64,000 nucleotides of DNA, from assembly GCF_009914755.1 (NCBI RefSeq), contig NC_060930.1; one strand, written 5' to 3'. Origin of the DNA: the human T2T-CHM13v2.0 reference genome, Homo sapiens. Below the pieces are notes generated by a model. It saw only the letters and a program-made list of their open reading frames with translations. It did no database searches and was not told where the DNA came from. Numbering within the stretch: position 1 is the first letter of the stretch; the number at the start of each line of letters is the position of its first letter. A program made the position numbers and the translations under genes. Shown here one piece after another: positions 55,157-64,000 of the stretch.

Positions 55157-56837
55157 TTATATGGTTTGGCTGTGTCCCCACCCAAATCTCAACTTGAATT
55201 GTATCTCTCAGAATACCCATGTGTTGTGGGAGGGGCCCAGGGGAAGTAATTGAATCATGGGAGCCAGTCTTTCCAATGCTATTCTCATGATAGTGAATAA
55301 GTCTCAAGAGAGCTGATAGGTTTATCAGGGGCTTCTACTTTTGCTTCTTCCTCATTTTCTCTTGCTGTTACCATATAAGAAGTGCATTTCCCCTCCCACC
55401 ATGATTCTGAGGCCTCCCCAGCCATGTGGAACTGTAAGTCCAATTAAACCTCTTTCTCTTCCCATTCTCAGGTATGTCTTTATCAGCAAAGTGAAAATGG
55501 ACTAATACACTAAATTGGTACCAGTAGACTGGGGTGTTACTTAAAAGATACCCAAAAATGTGGGAGTGACTTTGGAACTGGGTAACAGGCAGAGGATGGA
55601 AGAGTTTGGAGGGCTCGGAAGAAGATAGGAAAATGTGAGAAAGTTTGGAACTTCCTAAAGACTTGTTGAATGGCTTTTCCCAAAGGCTGATAGCAATATG
55701 AAAAATAAGGTCCAGGCTGAAGTGGTCTTAGCTAGAGATGAGGAACTTGTTGGGAACTGGAGCACAGGTGACTCATTATATTTTAGCAAAGAGACTGGTG
55801 GCATTTTGCCCCTGCCCTAGAGATTTGTGGAACTTTGAACTTGAGAGAGATGACTTAGGGTATCTGGTGGAAGAAATTTCTAAGCAGCAAAGCATTCAAG
55901 ATATGATTTGGGTGCTGTTGAAGGCATTCAGTTTTATAAGGAAAGCAGAGCACAAAAGTTTGAAAACCTTGCAGCTTGACTATGTGATGGAAAAGAAAAA
56001 CCCATTTTCTAGGGAGAAATTCCAGCTGGCTGCAGAAACGTGCATAGATAACAAAGAGCCTAATGTTAATCCCCAAGACTGTGGAGAAAATGTCTCCAGG
56101 CTATGTCAGAGACCTTCACAGCAGCCCCTCCCACAACAGGCCTGGAGGCCCAGGAGGAAAAAGTGGTTTTGTGGGCTGGGCCCAGGTTCCCCATGCTGTG
56201 TGCAGCCTAGGGACTTGGTGCCCTTTGTTTTGGCCAATTTATCCCATTTGGAATAGCTATATTTACCCAATACTTGTACCCCCATTATAGCTAGGAAGTA
56301 ACTCACTTGCTTTTGATTTTACTGGCTCATAGGCAGAAGGGACTTGCCTTGTCTCAGGTAAGACTTTGGACTATGGACTTTTGGATTAATATTGAAATGA
56401 GTTAAGACTTTGGGGGACTGTTGGGAAGGTACGATTGATTTTGAAATATGAGGACATGAGATTTAGAGGGGCCAGAGGCAGAATGATATGGTTTGGCTCT
56501 GTCCTCACCCAAATCTCAATTTGAATTGTATCTCCCAGAATTCTCATGTGTTTTGGGAGGGACCTAGGGAGAGGTAATTGAATTATGGAAACTGGTCTTT
56601 CCTATGCTATTCTCATCATATTGAATAAGTCTCATGAGATCTGATATGTTTATCAGGAGTTTCCACTTTTGCTTCTTCCTCATTTTCTCTTGCCACCTCC
56701 ATGTAAGACGTACTTTTCACTTTTTACCATGATTCTGAGACTTCCCCAGCCGTGTGGAACTATAAGTCCAGTGAAACCTCTTTTGCTTCCCAGTGCTGGC
56801 TATGCCTTTATCAGCATCATGAAAATGGACTAATACA
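55157..56837 (+). mobile_element. THE1A-like provirus with internal deletion (LTRs 55157-55509 and 56484-56837)
   Basis: Two matching LTRs; perfect TSD CACCC at 55152-55156 and 56838-56842; internal region 974 bp. Confidence 0.93.
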
Positions 56838-56981
56838 CACCCTAACAATAAGAATAAGAATGTCAGCCAAATAACTATAATTTAAAAAACAAAACAAAAC
56901 AAAACAAAAATCAATTCAGAGCTCTTAAGGACTTAAAGAAGCCCAAATGAACTAATTCCTGAAAAGTGGTGAGTCCTTCAT

Positions 56982-57830
56982 TGTGATATTGTGAAATGTA
57001 TATTTGGTCTTCATCCAGTTTCCTGGAACACAGCTCCTAAAACCCTTGAGATCTCTAAAATGATGTGTCTTTCTGTAGCCTAGTGAGATGGCTAGTATAG
57101 CTGGGGGGATGGGGGAGGTCCCTGCATATCCTAGGATGGGAACAGCTTGCCAGAGGTTCCAATCCTGAGATTAGAGGGCTGGAACTTTCAGCTTTTCCTG
57201 TCCCACCTCATCAGGGTGGAGACGTTGAAGATTGAGTCAATCACCAGTGGCCATTGCTTTAATCAATTATGCCTATGTAATAAAACCTCTGTATAAACCT
57301 AAAGGGACAAAGTTTAAAGAGCTTCTGAGATGTTGAGCATATGGAGGTAAGGGTGGCACAGCCAAAGAGGGCATAAAACTTCTGCACCTCTTCTCATAGA
57401 CTTACCCCTGTATATCTCTTTATCCAGCTATTTATTTGTATTCTTTAATATATCCTTTGTAACAATAAATCACCAACAATAAGTAAACTGTTTTCCTGGG
57501 TTCCATGAGCCACTCTAGCAAGTGATCAAACACACAGAGAGGATTGTGGGAATCTTTGATTTGTAGCCAAGTCAGACAGAAGTTGTGGGTAACCAGGAAC
57601 TTACTACTTGCAATTGGCATCTGAGACAGGGAGAAGTCTTGTGGGACTGAGCCCTTCACCTGTGGAGTCTCTGCTATCTCCAGGAGAATTAAGTTGAATG
57701 GTAGGACATCCATCTGCTGTCAGAGAACTGGTTAATGTGGAAGTGACTCCCATACATCTGGTGTCAAAAATGAGGTATTAAGATTGCTGAGAGTATAGTA
57801 GTGACAAAAAATGTTGGTTGGTTCCTACAT
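56982..57830 (+). mobile_element. MER21C-like LTR
   Basis: TGTGATATTGTGAAATGTATATTTGGTCTT...CAGCTCCTAAAACCCTTG; CTGGGTTCCATGAGCCACTCTAGCAA. Confidence 0.8.
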
Positions 57831-58919
57831 TACACCTTCCTAGGAGAGAAGAGATCCATGGCTTTTTTCCCCTCTAGCACAAGAGCAGAAGGTGGAGGAA
57901 TCTCCCATATATAGGTAGAGAAGAACCTGTCAAACTTAGAAGAAACTAAATGACTACATATAGTCTTCCATGATGAATTAGAAGTTGTAGCCACAGAAGA
58001 ATCTACAACCATTCATCAACTCTTTCCTATGGACCTTCATCAAGTACAAGATACTCAGGTTAGGGATGGGATGGGAGAGAGAAGAGATATCTAAATGAGA
58101 CACATGAAGTCTTCACCTCATGTGCAGTAACAGTTACTGAAGGCTGTGGCAGGGCAGGAGAGTAGAAAAAATATCCCCAAGAGGCATTCAGATGCCCTTG
58201 CTAGTATGGATCTCATCATAGACTCCAGTATGATAAAATTTCTGCCACGTTCAACCTTTCAAGGCTACGGCTCTTGGTTTACAACATGCTCAGCCATAGT
58301 TACCAGAGTAAGTGCTCTGTTCCAAGAACACACGCTATAATAAAGATCTTGACAAATTTCCTAGCACTCTGTACTTAACACCTTGTAGTGTTTAACCAAA
58401 CTCCTTTAGGAGAACTTCACCAAATGTGTGCTATTATTGTGCTGGCTAAGTTAGCAGGACAGAGTCTGAAGTAGCTAAAGAAAAACTTCTGTGAACTTGT
58501 ATGTCATGCAGGTAGTTTGCTAAAAAAGGCCACAGGAGGAGACTTTATGTTCATTTCATTTTTTAAGTGAAAAAATCCAAAGTGATATTTTATGTGAAAA
58601 ATCTCTATGTGAACTTGTTAAAAATTATATCAATGTGAATATCTGTTTTTTAAATGATTTTGATAATATGTGCACAAATGGACTTCCTATCTAAGGTTAT
58701 CCCCCTCTTTTAAAAATATCAGATTAAATTTGCCACATTTCAATTAAAAAACAGAAGGGAGGAAGAAACAATTGCTGTGACACAATGGACTGTGGAAGTG
58801 AGAATCTCCACCTTCAGTCTGGTCCCTATTAGGCCAGTAAGACATCAAACTCAAGGAACTACATATTGCAGGACAAAACCCACCTATATGGCCAAGGTCA
58901 AAAAACTCAATGGTCACAT

Positions 58920-59140
58920 ACATTTTCATTCATTCAACTTGATGCCTATTATGTGCTAGACATATCTCTAGGCACTGAGGAGTTACCAGTGGAAAAACAG
59001 TCCCTGACCTCATGGAGCCACCATCATAGCTTAAGAGAGATACAATAAATGAACAAACAAGTAAATAATCTATAAGATGTGAATAAATATTATGGAGAAA
59101 AATAAGACAGGAAGAAGGGATAAGGAATCATGGAGGGCAG
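58920..59140 (-). mobile_element. L2 3' end
   Basis: TTCATTCATTCAAC...GCCTATTATGTGCTAGAC...CTAGGCACTG. Confidence 0.75.
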
Positions 59141-60687
59141 ATTTAAAGAAATTATATTAAAAGAAAATGATTAACAGCTCAGAAATTAAGAAAGTCACTC
59201 AATAGAAAAACAGGCATAAATTAAATGGGCATTTCACAGAAGAAGAAACCTCGATGCCTAATAAACATAAAAATATATCACTAATCTTCAGGAAAATAAA
59301 AATCAAAACAATAGACAGCATTTCCTAAGGTGTTATCAGAACAAAGTATAGTCTAAGAATACCAAGTATTGGCAAGGCTGTGAAATAACAGGAACTGTCA
59401 TCTACTGTTGGTAAGTAATAAAAAAATTGGCTCCACCTCTTTGGAATACAGCTTGGCATGATTTATTAAAATTGAATAGATGCCTTCCAAGGAAATCCAC
59501 TCAATACTAATTTCTGTATAAAGATAAGCTAGACAATGCTTTGGACAACATACCTAAAGTGGCTTAAAACAACAAAGATTTCTGTTTCACTCCTGCTATA
59601 ATGTCATTGTGGGTTGACTGGAGTCTCAGCTCCATGTCTTTGTCAGCCTTACTTGTGGACCCATGCTGATGAAGCAGCTGCTAGGCAGAACACTTCCAGT
59701 TACTGTAGAAGAGAGAAAAGAGCATTGCACATATTGCCTCACAAAGCTTCTGCCCAGAAAGGTCACACATCACTTAGCTCACATTTCATTAATCCAACAT
59801 GGCCACATCTAAGTTAAATGGGCAGTGAAGTGCAATCCTAACAGGAAACTTGACAGGAAACAGCAGCAGAATATACAGGAATAACCTTAATGGCTCTTAC
59901 AATATATTCCCTAGACAAAGTTTTATGCATGATTACCAGGAATCACATACAGATTCCAAAGCAGCACTGGATATTAAAGCACAAAGTATCCATTAACAGC
60001 AAAACAGATAAACAAATTACATTATACTCACAGCAAAATATGAACTAAGGATGAGAAAGCATGATCTACAGCCTTATACATTAGTATGTTTGAATTTCAA
60101 AATGTTTGGTGAAAAAGCAAGTCACAGAAGCATACTGTGTGATTCATTTCTATAAAGTGCAAAATTATATAGAGAAAAATCAGACATATTGTGTTGGGAT
60201 ACATGCATATGTGGTAAAGCTATACAGGAAAGCAAGAGAATGACTAACCAAAATTACAAGAGTTTGGTTACCCCTGGGCTGGTAGGGTGTGATGGAGGCA
60301 GGGAGACAACAGTGAAGAGTACACTCATGGGGCTTCAAAGATACTGGTTATATTCTACATTTTTAAGTTGGCTGGTGTACATGGGCACTTTATTTTATTT
60401 TTATTCTTTAAAAATATGTATGTATGTATGTATGTATATTTAAATATCATTTATAGAGTGGCTTAAACACTGTTTGATTAAAAAAATTATTTTTCACAGT
60501 TGTGGAGCTTGGGAAGTCCAAAATCAAGGGGCCAGCAGATTCAGTGTCTGGTGGGGCCCTCTTCCTGGTTTGCAGACAACTGCCTTCTTACTGTATTCTC
60601 ACATGGTAGACAGAGATAAATCATCTCTCTCATGTCTCTTCTTATAAGGCACTAATTCCATTTATAAGGGCTCCACCCTCATGATCT

Positions 60688-61646
60688 TGTTGGGGCTTAG
60701 TAAATGATACTCCAAAATATGCAACTTTGGACTTCAAACTGATAGCACCAAGGGAAGAGCAAATCCAGGGAGGGCTTTCTCTGAAGCTCCCTCATCTGAC
60801 TAAGGGAAGTTCTTCCAGAAGGAATGCAATGGTCTTGGCCCCTTCCTTATAATCTCATGAAATGAGAAAGATTAACTCATAGGAAAAATAAAAAAAGGTG
60901 AATACCACCTATTCTTCTGAGGACTGCTACCTGAGACATTTCTGCATAACAAGACAGGTTTTCTCATGTATTTTCCCCCCTCAATCTCACATAACCTGTC
61001 ACCACCCCTCCTCAGAGACCCCAAGCTACCATTTCTTTCTGAGGCTCAAAACTCTATTTAAACTTTGATCATCCAATCCTTCTTTAAGCCATATTTTGTG
61101 AGGCCCCTGTGTGTATGTATGTAATAAATTTGTATGCCTTTTCTCCTTTTAATGTGTCTGTCAGGCCTCTGAGCCCAAGCTAAGCCATCATATCCCCTGT
61201 GACCTGCATATGTGTATCCAGATGGCCTGAAGTACGAGAAGAATCACAAAAGAAGTGAAAATGGCATGTCCCTGCCTTAACTGATGACATTACCTTGTGA
61301 AATTCCTTCTCCTGGCTCATCCTGGCTCAAAAGCTCCCCCACTGAGCACCTTGTGTCCCCCACCCCTGCCCACCAGAGAACAACCCCTTTGACTGTAATT
61401 TTCCACTACCCACCCAAATTCTATAAAACGGCCCACCCCTATCTCTCTTCACTGACTCTCTTTTCAGACTCAGTCCGCCTGCAACCAGGTGATTAAAAAG
61501 CTTTATTGCTCACAAAAAGCCTGTTTGGCGGTCTCTTCACATGGACGTGCATGACAGTGTCTACTGTCAAGTTTGTTTTTTTTTTTTTCAGAAACTCATG
61601 TTATTGAACCTTCAGAGGTAGAAGAAAAGTTTACTTTACCCCTACA
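60688..61646 (+). mobile_element. MER34/MER39-like ERV1 LTR nested in MLT1
   Basis: TGTTGGGGCT...GATACTCCAAAATATG start, CCCCTACA end; TSD ATCT/ACCT; MLT1 resumes at 61651. Confidence 0.7.
61159..61556 (+). mobile_element. LTR7 (HERV-H) solo LTR
   Basis: TGTCAGGCCTCTGAGCCCAAGCTAAGCCATCATATCCCCTGTGACCTGC start; CTATAAAA box; ATTAAA; perfect TSD GTGTC at 61154-61158 and 61557-61561. Confidence 0.95.
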
Positions 61647-62215
61647 ACCTTATCACTTCCCCCAAGGCCTCACCTCCAAATGCAGTCAAATTGGGAATTA
61701 AGGCTTTAACATACGAATTTTAGGGAAACAAAAATATTCAATTCATATTGTGTGTGTGTGTTATGTACAATACGTTTCACAGTAAAAAGTTTACAATAAA
61801 AAGGTGTCTTTTAGCTGACCTTTCCTGAAAAAATAAGTTGATTATATGCCTTTATTGACAACTCCTTGAATTCTCACCTAAGCACACATCTCCAGTGCCA
61901 ATGCTAAGAAACTGACCTCCCTAGATGGTCACATTGAGGAGAGAGGGATTGGGTGCTACTATTAAGGCATATGACTTTTACTGGACTGTCTAAGTCAACA
62001 GAAAAAAATGTTTTAGTATCCTGAATAGATTCTTATCTGATCTCTTCTGTGTTTCCGTGTGGCCTAATGGATATATCATGTTGTAAACTGTCTGAGAAGG
62101 TAACAAGAGAACATTTGACATCTGCCCTCAAAAGTAGGAGATGAGAAAGAGAAGGACTCTCATATGACACATGGCATTCCCCACTCTTTTTAGCTGTTTG
62201 TAAAGTGTTGCATGC

Positions 62216-62583
62216 TGGTATGGTTTGTATTTGTGTCCCCACCCAAATCTCATGTTGAATTTGAGGAGGTTCCTGGTGGGAGGTGATTGGCTCATGAGAG
62301 GCCATCTTTCCCCTTGCTCTTGCTATTGTCATGATAGTGAGTGAGTTCTCATGAGATCTGATGGTTTAAAAGTATGTGGCACTTCCCCTTCACTCTCTCT
62401 CTCTCCTGCCATCATGTGAAGAAAGTACTTTCTTCCCCTTTGGCTTCTGCCATAATTGTAAGTTTCCTGAGGCCTCCCAGCCATACTTCCTGTTAAGTCT
62501 GTGGAACTGAGTCAATTTAGCCTCTTTATAAATCACCCAGTCACAGGTAGTTCTGTATAGCCATGCGAAAACAGACTAATACA
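62216..62583 (+). mobile_element. MSTA/THE1D-type solo LTR
   Basis: TGGTATGGTTTG...TGTCCCCACCCAAATCTCATG...GACTAATACA; TSD CATGC/CATGT. Confidence 0.9.
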
Positions 62584-62698
62584 CATGTAATTAGCAGACA
62601 TGAAAAAGAGAGTAGAGCAGATAGCCAAATGCTACAGAATTCCAATAGGTCTTTGTGGAGCTGGGATCTGAAGAGTTAGCTTGCCAAAAACAGGCCCT

Positions 62699-63288
62699 TG
62701 TGGAGTAAAAATAAAATTTTAAGTCCCCTGACTGACTGAACAAACTGCTCTTGACCAAAGAGAGTTTGGTCATGCCTCAGTACATTCCCTTCCTCTCTAA
62801 CTGATACCAGATTTTTTTCCTAAGAGTTAAACAGAAACCAGCCCTGAAAAACAAAAACTGGGAGAGTTTCACAAAGCATTCCTTCCTGATAAATGACCAC
62901 CAACCGTACACCAGCTCTGGCCAATTTACGGAGGCTGCGTACAAAGCACCTTTTGTCCTACGTTTCATCTTTTTGATATACAGAGCCCAATTTTACTTCA
63001 TTTTAATGTTGTTTCCACCCCAATGTAAACATGGGATATATGTAGCATACATGTTTGCTTACCATGCATGCATGCAAACTCCCTTCATCAATATTCATAT
63101 ATCCTGTGTTAAATATGTATGTTTAGCCAACTCATGTAGCATAAAACTTCTGTCCCATTGCTCTTCTGGTAAAGCACCTGCTTTCAGTCTCAGCTGAATG
63201 TTTTGCTTCCCAGCTGCACGTTGCAGCCCTTCATAAGACATAACCCTTTCCTTTCCATATTTATAAATCTCATGATTTTGAGTTGACA
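62699..63288 (+). mobile_element. MER4-group ERV1 solo LTR
   Basis: TGT...AAAAATAAAATTTTAAGTCCCC...GACTGAA start, GTTGACA end; TSD CCCT at 62695-62698 and 63289-63292. Confidence 0.8.
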
Positions 63289-63821
63289 CCCTCAGTGAGC
63301 AACAGCAATCTTTTACTAAAGTCAACCAATATGCTGAATAACCTAGGTCAACATTAGACAAATACTGAGTGTTTGTAAAAAATAATAATAATAATCTGTG
63401 CAGTCCAATGAGAAAATAAAGTTTGGGAAAACACAAACAAGTAGAATGGCTTGGTTTCTATTCTCTAGTCCTGTAACTGGGAAAAATGTAGAATGAAAAA
63501 ATTATAAACACTGTGTCATTTCAGACATGGCACAGATTGATGGCAAATGTGTAACCTTCACCAATTGTGCTGTCTACAGAAGCAAAGTGGAATGGAGGAT
63601 TGGGGGCCAGTCTAGGTAAATTCATCATTCTGAGTAAGAAAGCATCTTTTACAAAATCTAGAAATGTCATCTGTCTATTTCATCTATGGTAATTGATTAC
63701 ATAAACCATAAGATAGTGGGCCTAAGGAAAAATAAATTTTAAAGTTTCAACTTGGACACTGGCTAGCTTGTGCAACTGTCCCAGAATGCTTTCAATTGCA
63801 TATGATTAAAAAATAATAAGA

Positions 63822-64000
63822 GGCCAGGAGCGGTGGCTCATGTCTGTAATCCCAGCACCTTGGAAGGCCAAGGCAGGTGGATCACCTGAGGTCAGAAGTT
63901 CGAGACTAGCCTGGCCAACATGGTAAAACCCCATCTCTACTAAAAATACAATAATTAACTGGACATGATGGTGCAAGCCTGTAATTCCAGCTGCTCGGGA
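63822..64000 (+). mobile_element. AluS-type SINE (cut by window end)
   Basis: GGCCAGGAGCGGTGGCTCA...GGATCACCTGAGGTCAG. Confidence 0.93.

Larger units (their letters stand above)
59170..61805 (+). mobile_element. L1ME 3' region with MLT1 insertions (59515-59900; 60455-61750)
   Basis: GGCATTTCACAGAAGAAGAAAC, GAAAAAGCAAGTCACAGAAG; MaLR GTGGCTTAAAACAAC motifs inside. Confidence 0.7.

Noticed and set aside
55738-56256. 172-aa ORF and similar ORFs at 2975-3187 and 4884-5294
   Set aside because: MaLR internal-region remnants shared among the THE1/MST copies, frameshifted

Overview
AT-rich, CpG-depleted catarrhine-primate (human-like) genomic DNA, intergenic or deep-intronic. I cannot support any intact protein-coding gene. 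Almost all ORFs in the track are repeat-derived or chance ORFs. The window is dominated by transposon fossils: L1PA/L1M, Alu, MIR, L2, L3, MaLR (MST, THE1, MLT1), ERV LTRs (MER21, MER50, LTR7 and others), an ERVL pol remnant and small DNA transposons, often nested 3-4 deep with readable TSDs. It also holds retrocopies: a full-length SZRD1 processed pseudogene (~34930-38480), a 7SL pseudogene, and two unidentified mRNA-like inserts. The least explained signal is a 167-bp unannotated sequence present twice (25674-25840 and 27259-27425). The copies are 80% identical with no indels, share an exact 40-bp core and conserved hairpin-forming ends, and the second copy cleanly splits a MIR. Several other local copying events are visible: an 80-bp inverted insertion into an L1, a fold-back in the 7SL copy, and tandem duplications. 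Repeat family names come from recalled consensus sequences and need RepeatMasker/Dfam confirmation. I found no convincing new enzymatic system.
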